A DNA stretch of 64,000 nt from Okamejei kenojei (lineage: Eukaryota): assembly GCA_035221665.1 (NCBI GenBank), contig CM069145.1:28582001-28646000 (forward strand), in the 5' to 3' direction. The notes beneath the pieces were generated by a model. It worked only from the letters and a program-made list of their open reading frames with translations, searched no databases and was not told the DNA's origin. The number at the start of each line of letters is the position of its first letter. Position 1 is the stretch's first letter. A program made the position numbers and the translations under genes. This document shows positions 23,501-38,500 of this stretch, one piece after another.

Positions 23501-26500
23501 CCACTGCATCCACAATTTTTATAGGGCCACCTCCTTGAGTACTCTGGGATGCAGACCATCGGGCCCTGGGGATTTATCTGCCTTCAGTCCCAACAGTTGA
23601 CCTAACATCATTTCCTGTCTCTGATTATAAGGACCTACATTTGTCTTCACTAATCTTTTCCTTTTTACATCTCTAAAGAAGCTTTTAGAGACAGTGAAGC
23701 TTTTTAGAGTCCAGGGCATTTAACGATAAATTATACAAGGATCAGGAGCTCCAGCCTGAAATGAATGAATGTGGTCTATGCCCACATGCCAAAAAAGCTC
23801 CAAATAATTAAACATCACAAAATCTTACATAATTGTGATCTGTGTAAATAAATAACATAAACTTAAGCTTCCAACATGGAGAATACTGGAAAACATTTCA
23901 GCAGGTCATAAATATGGACACAACACCACTAAAAATAAAAGACACAAAGTGCTGGAGTAACTCAGCGGGTCAGGCAACATCACTGGAGAATATGGATAGG
24001 TTCTTAAAGAAGGGTCCCGACTTGAAATGTCACCTATTCATATTCGCCAAAGATGCTGCCTGACCTGCTGTGTTATACCAGAACTTTGTACCATTGTGTG
24101 TAAACCAGCATCTGCAGTTCCTTGTATCCACCACCAAAAATAAGATGTGTGAATTTGAAAAATATAGTTGCATTTACATAGTGCCTTTGACACACCTATT
24201 GGAATTTCTTGAAGCGCTTTAGAGATGAAGTTGCCAAGTGCACCTGCCAGCCTCTATAAATAGTAACTGTCGACATGAAGGATAATTGCTTTCCCTCAAA
24301 ATAGGGCATGGGATCTTTTTAAAAAAAATACCTCAGATGACAGGTTGGGCTTAATCTGTCATCTGATACTGTTAAAAGTGAGCCACATAACTCACATATA
24401 AACATCTTCCATCACCATACAGTCTGCCATGATGCTACTCTTAAAATGAAACCAGTACACAGCTGGAAAATAGAGTATCACTCAAACTGCTAAAAAAAAA
24501 TCTCATCATGACCAGTTATGTGAAATTAATTGACCATTATTATGACTGCTTTTGGGATATGGTTCTGTAAGATGAATTGCCCAGCTGTTGTGAGGGTTGT
24601 GCGATTGGATTTCTTCACTTACCAGGCCTGTGAAAGTGCTGTGGACTCCGGGCAACAGTGGGTGTGTAGCAGTGACGGCTGTAGACAGGGGAGCTGATGG
24701 AACCCTGGCTGGAGGACCTCTGCACCATTCGATCACGAGCGTCGTGGGATCCCTGAAATATATTTCCACGTGTTACATCCTCAGCTCAGACAACGAAGAG
24801 AGCCTTACCGTATTATGTTTTAAAGTGAGCCATCTCAGTGAGAAAGCTGAGAAATAATTTGACTGTTGAGTGAACATACAATGAGACCAGAATGGTACAA
24901 ATGTATCAATAATTAAAGCTGAAAGCATCACAGCTGAGCCCATCTTAAGGGCCTGTCCCACTTTCAAGACCTAATTCATGACCTCTGCCAAGTTTGCCCT
25001 TGACTAATACTCGCAGCATGGTCTTCACAAGGTCGTAAGAGGTCGTAGGTACTTGTGGCATCAAGTAGGTCGGGGCGTTTTTCTAGCCTGATGAAAAATG
25101 TCCACGAGCAAAAAAAGGTAGTGAATTAGGTCGTGAAAGTGGGACAGGCCCTTAAAGGGATCATCCAACTTTAATGACAGAGTCTTAGAATCATATCACT
25201 CTATGTTGTTAAAGTTAATGATTGACAGTAAAGCATTAATCAACTACACAATATACTCTACTCTATAAACTAGACTGATTCTCTATAAAGTAGGAAGAGC
25301 CTCAATTTTTAATTAACAGCTTCTCTTGAAAAATAGACTAATAAAATCATTCCTCTTTTTAATATCATCTGTTACTGGAAGATTTAAAATATGCAGTAAA
25401 TAATTTATTCTGAAGGTCATTGGCAGTACAATAAAATATTAAATATCTGGTGTTCATTGTAGACTGAGAATATGGGGATGATAAAAAAAATTGTAAATGC
25501 AGACTCAAAGGTCTTTTTCTATGCTTTCTGATTGCAGGACTGAATAACAGGATGTGGATAATGTCAAATAGCGGTGTTTTCTAGATTGCACCCTCTAAAC
25601 TACTCTGACCTTTCAGTCCATCATATTTTGTTCAGTATGAGCTAAAGGATATTAAGAGTGTCTGCAAACCTATATCCCAATGTGGTTGCACAGTGTATTT
25701 ACACTATGTTATTTTCAGTCTAAATTTAAGCTCTAATCATTTTTTAGTAATTGTTGGTTTTGTTAACATGGGCATTAATTTAAACAAAAATTAAATGCTC
25801 AGATTATGTGCAAGAGGTAAAAAAAAAGACAAACTTTACAATCCTGTGGTTTTGTTAATATGTGCATTGAATTTAAATATTTTTAAAAAAAAAGTTCAAT
25901 TGATAAGTGCAACGGGTAAAAAGAAATAAGCAAACTTTACAATCCTGTGGAAAGTGGATTATTATTTATCAGTTCTAATATCTATCCAACTTTGGCCACT
26001 TCCTTTGTCAAACCCCTTTGATCTTGACACTCTTTTGGAAACTTCAGGCTTGTGTTGTATTTGAAATGTGCAACAAATTGCAATTATATTTTTGGGAGGG
26101 GGCGATGGAAAGGGTGTCAAGCAAATTAGTTTCAGCTCATCACTCAACTGTTTTACCACAGGATCCTGGCCTTGTTGCCAGCTGAGATTCAAATGCCTAA
26201 CATGGTAGACAACATTGCTTAATTAGTCCTTCCAGCTGTGCCTCATGGAGGTCCTCTGATGAAACAAAGAACAGCAGAGCGATGCTGCAGTAAATGTAGT
26301 TGGGTATTTATGTTTGATTAAGCCTCCAGTCAGATCCGTTTGCAGCATTTTAAGTCGACTGACAATCACATTGAACAAAACTGCTTTAAGATGGTGCTGA
26401 AAGTACACTTTTGACCTCAGTGGAAATGTTGTGCTTCCATGTCAGAATGCTTGATTAAACTTGGCTTGGTTAAGACTGTATAAGCAGCAGCTTAACAAGC

Positions 26501-29500
26501 TTGATTTTTCAGGAGCTGAGTTTATGTTCAACATCATGCAGAGCCAGAAAGCTCGAAGAAACACAACTCTAGTTCCAACTTTGTCAGAAATCATTATTAC
26601 TTCTTTTCACTAAAAACAAGAAAACTGCAGAGCAGTTGCTGTGTACTCCTTGCTGGTCAAGCAAAGGATACCAAGTTTATAAAAAAGTAGTTAGTCAAAG
26701 CTAACTCAACTTCTTACTTTAACTGAAAGAAAAGGCACAAGGACAGCAAAATCATTTGGATCACATGGAGAATCACAAGACAGGCAGATAGACACCAGAC
26801 AGGATCTGAACACAGGAAGAGAAGTCGGTAAGGAGGTGTGATAGATTTAGAAGAGCATTGAGGAGGATAGTTGAACTGGCATTCTTGGCCCTTCTTTAAC
26901 ATTTTATTTAATATTTTTCAGACACAAGAGCATTGGGTAAAACCAACATAGTATCTGTAAGACAGTGGAAAAAAACCTTGGGAATAGGGGTCGTTCTTTC
27001 ACTTGTAAAGAGATAGTTCTCTTCATGAAAGTCATAAGATTGAATATAATACAGTGTAGCCAGTATTTATAGTCATATCACCAGTAGGCCAGTATGATTG
27101 ATAGACGCAGAATGCTGGAATAACTCAGCGGGTCAGGCAGCATCTCTGGAGAAAAAGGAAGTTTCGGGTCACTACCCTTCTTTAGACCTGGCCCAAAACG
27201 TCACCCATTCTTTTTCACCAGAGACGCTGCTTGATCCACTGAGTTACTCCAGCACTTTGTATCTCTCTTTGATATAAGCCTGCATTTGCAGTTTCCTCTC
27301 CACAGGTCAGTATGATTGCATGGTGCTCCATTATGGTTGATTTAATATGAAAATAATTGGTGTGCTACAATCCCTGGCATAAATGTCAGAGACCAGTTAA
27401 TGGCAACTGAGTATCCATCATTAATTTTCATAATTTAGGTGTGAACATCATTTATCAACTATGCAAGTCTTTGGAATAACAGGCAGGACCCCGTGTTGGA
27501 AGTAATACTGATCACACTTAGTGCAGGAGACATTTCAGAAGCATCAAACAACAGTGGCACAGGGTGACACAGCATTGTCCTTGTGTATCGCCTGCATCTC
27601 AAATGTAGCAACACGGCAATCAGCTTTAGCAAGCGACACAACACTCTTAAAACATCTCAGTGGCCTGTTGTTCTCAATGCAGGGCGACACAGTGGCGTTG
27701 CGGTAGAGATGCCAGCGTTACGGTGTCAGGGACCCAAGTTCGAACCTGACAATGGATACTGTCTGTATGGAGTGATAGAGACCAGGTAAATACTGGAGTG
27801 ACAGACCACCAATAGCAATCCCATAACTTGCCCCTTGTATTTCTCAACAGGGAAAATATAAGGGCAAGCACCTGTGTAAATCAACAACAAGTTCCAGTTA
27901 ATGTGAACCATGCCGTTTACGTGTATTTGTTTGACGGATCAATCCTTCGATGGATTTCTGTTTAAATTAAGGTCCAGTCACCAATAATAAACAGAAAAGA
28001 TCAATCCCTCTCTGCCAGAAAGCAATTACCAACAGAAAATGTTATTTTCGCAAGAAAATAATTTAAGGGGCTTTTAGATAGGCATATGGAAACGCAGGAA
28101 ATAGTGGGATGTGGATCTCGTAGAGGCAGATCAAATTAGTTTATCTCTGCATCATGTTCTGCACAGTTATTGTGGGCCGAAGGGCCTTGTCCTGTGCTGT
28201 ACTGTTCTATGTAGGTGATATTGTCCACACTCTTACAGAGACAGAATGTGCCAGAACACAGTGAGAATACCATCTATGGCCCTTTTGATGACTTCCTCAA
28301 CGTCATCTTACTTAAGACAACAGTAGACTGCATGTTTGATTTGAAAAACAAGAAGCTAGGTAAAACAAAAATTGGATTACAATCAGTGTAATCCATTCAA
28401 TGAAGCCCGTCCACCTAAAAAATCAGCATGATATTTCTCGTTTAGATACTGCTATACATTTCGAGCAATTAATATTTTAATTTGAGATTTCTAGCATCGA
28501 CAGAGTTCTGTGCATCTCTGCTAGAAAACGGTAAGTGAGTGATGATTACACTGGGCTCCACTGTGATGTGCTTTGCTTCAGTATCCCATGAGTATTGTTA
28601 AAACAAATTTCACCATTCTACCGAAGATAGAAACACCACAAAATGCTGGAGTAACTCAGCGAGTCAGACAGTATCTCTGGAGGAATGGAATAGGTGGTGT
28701 TTCGGGTCGAGAGCCTTCTTCAGACCGGAATGTCTTTCAACGAAACTTCACCTGTTCCTTTGCTTCAGGGATGCTGCCTGACCCGCTCAGCATTTTGTGT
28801 CTATCTAGGGTGTAAACTAGCATCTGCAGTTCCTTCATTCACAGTTCTACCTATGCATTGAAGAATATACTATGGCAGGAAGCAAAAGATGATTGGAGAG
28901 AAAAGGCTGAGAGGTGAATGTGAAGAGATATACTGACCTCAGCTGAAGGTGTGGGGGAAAGTGTCCTTGGCGACTGTCAGATATTTAAAAAAAAGAAAAA
29001 AAACATGTAAAACAATTGCTCTGGGAAACATCAGATGTAAATTGAATAAGTCTGAGAAAATGACTCACTGTAAATCTTTTGGTTTATTTCTGGGGCATAT
29101 GGACTCAGACAAACACATTTCATGATTTAAAAAGATCATGTTACATTAAACAAATTATTCCCATATATGCCATAATGAAACAGATGCAAATCAGGAAAAC
29201 ATGAACAAATTAAATCAATAAAGCTTGAGCTAATACACACATATTGTTAATGCTGATATTAATAATTATTATTTATACATAGATAGAATTTCCAAAAGTG
29301 CTCAATGTGATTATGTTCCTTCTTTGACTATTTCAATTTAGCAAAGGGGATCTCAGCAAAATACATTATTTAGAAATTATCCAGTGCACTTGATTAGAAT
29401 CATGCCTTTTTCCTTGTGTCTGGACTGATAGCTCACCTTGAGTAACAGGTCACTATTACGTTAAGCAAAAAGCCTAAGGTTAATGTAGCTTCTCTCTCTT

Positions 29501-32500
29501 TGTAATATCATTGAAGAAACCAAGTTGGAACAAGGTCCAAAGAACTGTGGCAGAGGCCTGAAATAATACATTTGTGAAGCAGGTTCAAATCCTACACAGC
29601 TGATGAATCCCACACTGATGAATTTAAGTTTGGATACTGAAATAAACATAGAATCCTAGCTTCAACAACGGTGTCCATAAAATTACTAGATGGCCATCAA
29701 ATGCGCAGATGGTTCATTTGTTATCCTCACCAGAACATGCGATTCTAGATTCAACCCACCGTGATGTGGTTGAATCCTAACGGGGTTTTAAAATGAATCC
29801 TAACTGGGTTTCAAAGATAGGCCAGTAATGCTGTCTTTGTCAGCCACATCAATGAATGAACAAAAGAGGCAAGGCATTTTCCACATAAAGTGATGTGTAC
29901 TTTCACAATTATGGATTTGAATATAAAAATAGTCCAGATAATTTCAACATGAAAGCACAGTTCCAAAATAATTTGATTCTGATCAAGCAATCACTCCATC
30001 ACAGATCTACACTCATATCTGATCAATTATGCCCTTTTTGTGGCAAATCTCAAATTTGTTTTGGTGGTTTAGAATGTAGTAGCATTGGATTGCCACGTTA
30101 ACTGAAGCACCAATGCAGTATTCCATATACTTTAATTGCACTCTAACCAAAATGAGGCATAACATATGAATGCTCATTGGCAACTTGCCAGGATTTAAAA
30201 ACAAACATTAATTACTTCAAGAGTTTCACAATATAAAATGACCTTTGCCACATCATACAAGAGGGAAGGTGCCAGTAAATTAGATGACAGGGAACTATGC
30301 TTTCAGTCTAAAAAAGGATCCCAACCCTCAGCCCACAATTATCTGCATTTCGCCTCAATCCCCTCCAAGCATATGGTGCATTAAGAATCTAATTCATTGA
30401 TCCAATGTTGCAAGCATCATCCCACGCTGCAATACTGAGCTACCTAAAGTTCACTGGTTGAATCATAATTGAGTTAGATGATCTCATTCTAGCAGTAGTG
30501 TTACAGTTGGTTTTAGCTCAAGTGAGACAAAATAAAGAGCAGCCAACGTTCCCAATTCTGAATGCAATTTAATACATCTTGCTGCAGCTGGACATTTGAT
30601 GTTGAACAACACTGAGACGAAACTGACTAGAAGGGCCCCTCAGTTGTCTAATCTGCCAATTATTAGTGTTTCAGCTCCCATATGGATAATGTTGAGGCAC
30701 AAAAGGGAAACTGCTGATCATGAAGCTACGTAGTTGCAGGATGACTGCAGCACACTCTCTGCACCTTCTTATTTTCTCATGAACTCTGCCACCTGACTAC
30801 ACAATTACTCAGTGATACTGTGCTGTGTATTTTGATGAATGAAGTTACGTCAAAAGGGTGTGCTTTGTCTTTAGTAATAAGAATTTGAACAGTGCCATTG
30901 TCATTTCTACTGGAGAGCAATGATCAAATGGAGGGCTGTCTTAATCTCCTTTCTATTTTAATCTCGGGCTCCAGTAGATTGTTGAGCCATTTGGATTTCC
31001 AGTTGAATTAAAGTACAGTTTCTGCACCAGGAGCTTCCTCTATTTGGAGTCAATCCTTGCTGCTGCTAAGACCACAGAATTTGTGCTGTACATTTGGTTC
31101 TGTGATCTCACCTCCTGTCATGTCATCATTATCCTACTATTTATGTAAACATGTGCTTATCTTACCAAGTTATTACTGGAGTGAACCTGGTGTGGCCTTT
31201 GCAGATTCCCCATCTCCATCATGTCATAGAAACATAGAAAATAGGTGCAGGAGTAGGCCATTCGGCCCTTCGAGCCTGCACCGCCATTCAATATGATCAT
31301 GGCTGATCATCCAACTCAGTATCCTGTACCTGCCTTCTCTCCATACCCCCTGATCCCTTTAGCCACAAGGGCCACATCTAACTCCCTCTTAAATATAGCC
31401 AATGAACTGGCCTCAACTACCTTCTGTGGCAGAGAATTCCACAGATTCACCACTCTCTGTGTGAAAAATGATTTTCTCATCTCGGTCCTAAAAGACTGGA
31501 CTTCCCCAACATAGGGAACAATCTTCCTGCATCTAGCCTGTCCAATCCCTTAAGGATTTTGTAAGTCTCTATAAGATCCCCCCTCAATCTTCTAAATTCC
31601 AGCCAGTACAAGCCGAGTCTATCCAGTCTTTCTTCATATGGAAGTCCTGCCATCCCAGGAATCAGTCTGGTGAAACTTCTCTGTACTCCCTCTATGGCAG
31701 GAATGTCTTTCCTTAAATTAGGAGACCAAAACTGATGCAATCTCCATCATCTCCTCTACAGATATGTCGTTGTGGAATATGCATTCAGTCAATGCATTCC
31801 AATTCATATACCAACACCTACAGTTCCTTTCTGCACATTTTGTCTGCTTCACTGCAAAATCTCCTCAAGATATGCCTACATTGATGGTTCTCCTCCTCTC
31901 TCCGACAGTAGTTCTGTGAGACCCTCTCTGCAACTTCCAGTTCCCTCCCCTATGCTTTCAGTCTGACGAAGGATCCCAACCAGAAACGTCATCCATTGAT
32001 GCTGAGTTACTCAATCTTTGGTTTATACCAGCACCTACAGTTCCTTTTTACCCATTTCATAACAACTTGTCCGCAAGCACTTCACCACTTCACATACTTA
32101 TCGGAACAAAACAATCCAAGTTTGAGGAATTTCTCAGTTGCAGGAGACCCTTGCTTTTTATCATTTATACCAGTAACTAACGTGGTAAATTAAGACAGAG
32201 AAATTATTTTTTTTCCTTTCCGAAAGAAGGATAACCAATGTTCAGATTCTATTATGAAACCAATTCTAGTCGTGGTCCTTCTGTGAAGTGTTGCAGACCC
32301 ATGGTTTCATGACCATATGAAATCGTACTTCATGGAAGTAGGCCAATTGTTCCATTGTGCTGTAGAGTTCTTAATTTATTTTACTAAGCTGCTCTTTCCT
32401 CTATACCCTACGATTTATTTCCTCTTTCAGGTAATTAACCCCATCAATGTTTTAAGCTACTCAGAAATTTGCTTTTAATATCCGCTCAGTCAATGCACTC

Positions 32501-35500
32501 CACATCATCATAAGTCTTGGGTTGCATCAACGTTTCCTCATCTCCTCTACAGATATTTCTTTTGACACTCCTCTTAAAACTGAACACCTGCCAATGGAGG
32601 GAGGCTTGCTTCTTAGAGAGAATTGTTCAACCTCCAGATACAGTCGCAACATCTCACTTACGCTATAATGCTGCCACAGAGCTCAGTACTGCAAACACTA
32701 GTAGGGTTCAACCATAAATTAGGTAATACCTGTCACATGGCAAAACCAAATCATGGCCGGCCTGACCAAAAATAACGGTATGTACCCGGACCTCACAATT
32801 GGCAGATAGCAAGAGCTCCCTTTGGTGTTGTTATTTCGGGGCCAAATAACAATGTTGTCTGAGGAAGGCTGTGGCCAAGCATAAGTAGAGTAGATTTACA
32901 ATCCTTTCCCGGACAACTAGGCTCTGCATTTCTACTTTCAAATCAATTATCGTTTTGAGAGAAATAGTAAGCAGAGGTAATCTGCACAATGCACTTGTGG
33001 CACCTTCAAAATTGTAGTCTCCCCATCCACAAAGTTTATAAATTACAATATATCAAAGCTGCTGTGTTTTTTTTGTAGTGTGTATTTCACACAATGTAAG
33101 CTCATAGCTCATAGCAAATGTAGTTAAAATCGTTTCTTTGAAACATTTGCCCACATTCCTCACTGATGACACTGAAAGGATTTTGGTTACTTTAACTTGG
33201 CTTTTCTCCTTTTCACATACAAAAGAATTGCCATGAACCACCAGACTGTGACAGTTATTGACAGCAATCCTAGGAATGATCACCATCTCAAGCATCCAAG
33301 TACAATAGATGTTATTTTGGCCACAAGTTTTAGAGGACACACCATGACTACACAGCTCATGGTACATGCATTTTCACAGTAAAAATGTTATAACTTCTTT
33401 CGATGTTATGCTGATTTTCTAAATGTTGCATTATTGTGGACTATTGAAGCAAATGATTATAATATCTAATTGTATGTTACATAACCAAACCTAAATGATT
33501 TGATCATTTTAGAAATGATAAGAAGCATCCGATCAAGGGTGGAATTTTAATTTGGCAAACATTTCTTTCAATTGGAATGTGAGTGTTCCTCACTTCTACA
33601 AAATAAAGGTTAATTCAAGCTCAATTTCTTAATGCTCAGTTTGTGTTCCACCAGAACTGCTTCCCTTCCAAATGTCAAGCACCGATACTGGTTTGGGTTT
33701 CCGTCTTGAGTTAATAGGATCTCCAAACACAAAACCTCTTTGGATTTTCTACAAACTTCATTGAGAGGATTGGGACAAACAATCTGTCCACTGGCTGTTA
33801 CAAGTGGATCAAAAATGAAAGTTTAACCCAGGATATCTAGAGAAACAATGACAAGACAATGGATGGGTAAGATTCATGTACCTCTCCCATACTATGACGC
33901 TCATGTCTATCTTCAATTGTAGCACCAAAATATGGCTCATATGTGATCAGGTCAGGACGTTCAATATCATAAATGGCCTTAACTTTGGGGATCGCAGCCA
34001 GATCCTTATAGTCAAGAATCTCATTGTCCACTTTTGCCTGGGAAAAGAAAACATTGAAGAATATTTCAGAGCTTAATCAATCTGATTTAATCGAATTTCT
34101 TAATCTCAAGCGAAATTACAAGATTACAATATTATGTCTAAAGAAAAATAAATTAAGACCAGTATTTCAAATGGGGCGGCATGATGGCACAGCGGTAGAG
34201 TTGCTGCCTCACCGCGCCTGGGACCCGGCTTTGATCCTGACTATGAGTGTTGTCTGTGCAAAATTGTACGTTATCCTCATGACTGTGTGGGTTTTCCCAG
34301 GGAGCATCAGTTTCATCCCACTTTCCAAAGATGTACAAGTCTGTAGGTTAATTGGCTTCAGTAAACATTGTAAATTGTCCCTCGTGTTTGGGATAGTGCT
34401 CGTGTACTGGGCTTGTTGGTCGGCATGGTCTCGGTGGGCCGAAGGGCCTGTTTCCACGCTTTATCTCAAAACTAAACTAAATTAAACTAAATGGAACAAG
34501 CAACAGGGAAAACAAGGTCTTTGGTTGTGTTTTAAGATTCAAGAGTCAAGAGAGTTTTATTGTAATGTGTCCCAGATAGGACAATGATATTTTCATATAT
34601 TAGCAGCTTCAAGGCAACTGGATATATAAAGATAATTTAATATTCTTGCACACAATAAACACTGCACATCAAGGAGGATTTTGTCCCTAATTTGTTGAGT
34701 GTGTTTCACACAAAAGGCTTCAACAGATACATCCAGAATAACAAGGGTTGGGTACAAGTTTAGTTTACTTTACAGACACAGCGTGGAAACATGCCTTTAA
34801 GCTCAGAGCCCACACCGACCATCGAACACCTGTTCACACTAGTTCCATGTTATCCCACTTTTGCATCTCACTTCCCTGCATAATTTCTCCAAACCTGCAC
34901 TTCTTTGGGATGTGGGAGGAATCCGGAGCACACAGAGGAAACCCTTGTAATCACAGGGAGAATGTGCAAACTCCACACAGATAGCACTCAAGGTCAGGAA
35001 TGAACCCATGCTACAAAGTCATGCACCTTCAACCAATGCACCAAATGAAAAGATAATCCTTAAACCAAAGTCAAACTGTTAGTTGAGTTCAGACTACTAA
35101 ACGTAAAGATCACACACCAACTATCGGTGGACCCATTCCTCTCGAGGAAAGGATTGCCAGCATGGGCACTTCATCCACTCACACGTCATGAGTTTCTCAG
35201 AATTTGCACAAAATCTTTTGGCACCTTTGTAGGGTTTGCACTGTTGGAAGTGGAACGGACTGACTGCCTCGGCATGCTACCACTTATGACCATCAAAAGG
35301 TCTTTCCACCATCGCATGGAGGAGAACTTGGTCTTAGCAGCAAGTTAAATAAACCATAGTTAGTTTCTCTCGCCAGCCATTTGATTTTTTTAAATACCAA
35401 ACTAGGCTCTAGCAGCACCTGCAATATAAGGTATCTGAGGCATCTAGCATTATGAGATGCTATTGACAGCAAATGTCATGTAGAAGATTATTATTGCCTG

Positions 35501-38500
35501 AGTTGTCATTTATTGCCTCCTGTTTGGGTTACCAATTCGGTCAGATTGTAGAAGCTCAGGGGGAAATCCTTCACCAAAAGCTTTAATTTTCCCCAAATAT
35601 TCTGCGTTCAAGAATGAGGAGATCTCTCACTGTTACTCACGTATATTGTGTGGCCGGGAGAACTGGGGATGCTGGAGCCAGGTCTGGAGGAAATACTTTC
35701 AGAAGAAGATCGAGTTGGCTGCAAATAGAAAAGAGAAGAAAAAAAAATAGAATGAGTCTTCTTGAAGTGGACTCTGTGACAACATGATCAATGCAGAACC
35801 CTTCCCAAGAACATTTCACAGCAAAGGGGAAAGAGATGCAGTGCAAGTTCAGGATGTCCAATGTCCAAGTCTCGAGAAGATCCTTTTTTTTACAACCTTC
35901 TTTTCCTTTTTGGCTTTATAGCATTGAATGTGCTGCCATTTCATTTATTGCTGGCTGGCAAGGGTAAAATACATTCAATCTAGAACAATGGTTTTATGTG
36001 CCGGTCATGTCAGTGGGCCAGGGTGGGAGAGAAGGAGGAGGAAGAGGAAGGATCAAGGGCTTATATCCCCATCCTCCGAAGCACATAAATTAAATAGAAA
36101 TTTAGACCAGATCTTCAGTGAGCATGGCTGAATGGAAAAGCAGACTGATATCAAAATATCCTTGATGTGATGTGAACACCAGCAATCATTTTGAACAGGA
36201 AAGTTACACTTTGCAATATGCAAGACACTATTAAGGAACCAAGTCCACTTCAATTACGAATAATAGGTATTTCTCACAACAGTACCAGGGCAAAACACCT
36301 TTGTGCTGCCATGATGTAGGGGGATGAGAATATTAAGAGCAGAAGAGAGAAGGAATTAAACTGAATGACACAAATTGTCAATAACCAATTCCTGACGAGA
36401 AAAGTATACTTTCAAGCACCATCATAAATGAAGGGATTATATGCATTTGTCCACTTCTTCTTGCTGGTCTTCTTGCAAGAATATGATAAACTGTCAGTTG
36501 TCATAATAAGGTTATTCAATTGAGAAACCAGAGATCATTTTGAACTTATTTATGTCAGTCATTCAACAAGTCAACTGAAATGTAGCTTCTGATAATCATG
36601 AGCCGAGGAAACGTCACTTCATCATCTTACAGTCACATTGCTTAGGGCATAATGGTTACAACACCAGAGACCCACGTTCAATCCTGACCTCGGGGGACCA
36701 CTCTGTGTGAAGTCCTGTGACCACGTGGGTTTGCTCTGAATGCTCTGGTTTCCTCCCACAATCCAAAAATATGCATGTTTGTAGGTTAATTGGCCTCTGT
36801 AAATTGTGCTTTGTGTGTAGGATCTGAAACTGGGATAACATAGAAAAAGCGTATGGGTGATCGTTGTTCGGCGAGGACTCGGTGGGCCAAAGGGCCTGTT
36901 TCAATGCAGTATCTCTAAACTAAACTAAACCTTTAACCAAAAAGGGGGTGTTCAGTTCAACTGTTCATTGGTGGTTGCAGGTTTTATTTTGTAGCAGGAA
37001 CTGGGAGAAATCTGGATGCACGTGGGATGGATTAGTGTATCTTCTATTTTCCATCCACCCAAAGAGGCATTGATGCTGCCTGCTGGTCATTTCCATAGCA
37101 GCAAGGCCTAAACCTGCACTCACAATGCAATGCTACTACATCAGCATATCAAATCCCAAGTAACATACTTTTCTAAACTGACTTTGATTGATTGATTGAT
37201 TGTAGACAAAAATGCTGGAGAAACTCAGTGGGTGAGACAGCATCTGGAGCGAAGGAATAGGTGACGTTTCGGGTCGAGACCCTGATTGATTGATTGAAAG
37301 ATAGGATCAGCATCAAAACAGGGCCTTTGACCCACCAAGTCCATGTCAACCATCAGTCACCTGTTCACACTGGTTCTACGTCATCCCACGTTCTCATCCA
37401 CTCCCTATGCACTGTAGAGGCAGTTTATAGATGCTAATCAACCTACAAACCCCAATGTATTTACAATTGTGGGAAAACCCAGAGGAAACCCACAAAGTGA
37501 GACCATGCAAACTCCACACAGACAGCACCCGCAGTCAGGATCGAACCCGGATCTCTGGCACTGACGTCATCTTGCACTGACGCACTGTGAACTGAATACA
37601 AGCTTCACACTCTCGAGCATAAACATACCTATTTAATTGCAATTTTAGGTCAAAGCCAAACACAAAGCAAAGGGCAGTTCCTGCTGTGACAGCTACAAAC
37701 AGAGGGCTTGCGCCTAATGTTATAATACCCCCTCTGTTAACTACTTCCTGGGCACCAATTTAGATTGCACTGCAATTTACTCTGCGTGACAATGTCATTC
37801 ACCCTGAGATTGTGTCTCACTCACATGGGGATCAGTGTCTTTGAATAAAGAATAATGACTGGTTTACGAGTCAAGTCTAATATATTCATTTCATTCTTCA
37901 ATAACTAAATGTATGATCAATTCTAAATCATGTACATAATATAACAGAACTATACCGAATCATATAAGTGTGGAAAGCAGGCACAGAATGCTCTTAACGC
38001 ATTTATAGTTTCAATGATGTACACTTTGAATACAATGCGATGGAATGGTTCTGTTTTATACATATTAACAGAAATATACACCATGGAAACAAGGCTCTTC
38101 AACTCAATGAGTCCCCACTGATATCTGGCACCCATTTACACTAATCTTACATTAATACTGTTTCTATTATTCTCTCCGCATTCTCACCCACTCTTCACAG
38201 ATTCCATCACTTATTTTCACATGGGGGACACCTTACAGTGGCCAATTAAACTGTCCACCTGCACATCTGTGAGAAGTGGGAGTGGAGCAGCAAATCTGCA
38301 GGAAATCCACTCAATCACAGGGTGAATGTGCGACTTAATCCAGTGAGCACTCATGGTCAGGTCGCTGGTGCTGTGAGGCAGTGGCTGTCATGGCTGTAGT
38401 ACTCTGTTCTTAAAATGTATGGAGCAAAATGACATTGTGCGTGTGACACTCCCCCCTTCCCTTTTCCCGTCCCCAATCCCGCCTGGAATTGCGTTTGTAG

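Noticed and set aside
29430-29480. Strong donor AAG|gtgagc near 29437 as a possible microexon
   Set aside because: Nearby AG acceptors give immediate stops or a frameshift in the required phase 0
34173-34250. tRNA-like A/B-box sequences here and at other SINE heads
   Set aside because: They continue into V-domain and CR1-type tails, so they are SINE heads rather than tRNA genes
35905-35930. TATAAAA motif on the minus strand about 200 bp upstream of exon 35718
   Set aside because: A single short motif in AT-rich DNA is insufficient evidence for an internal promoter
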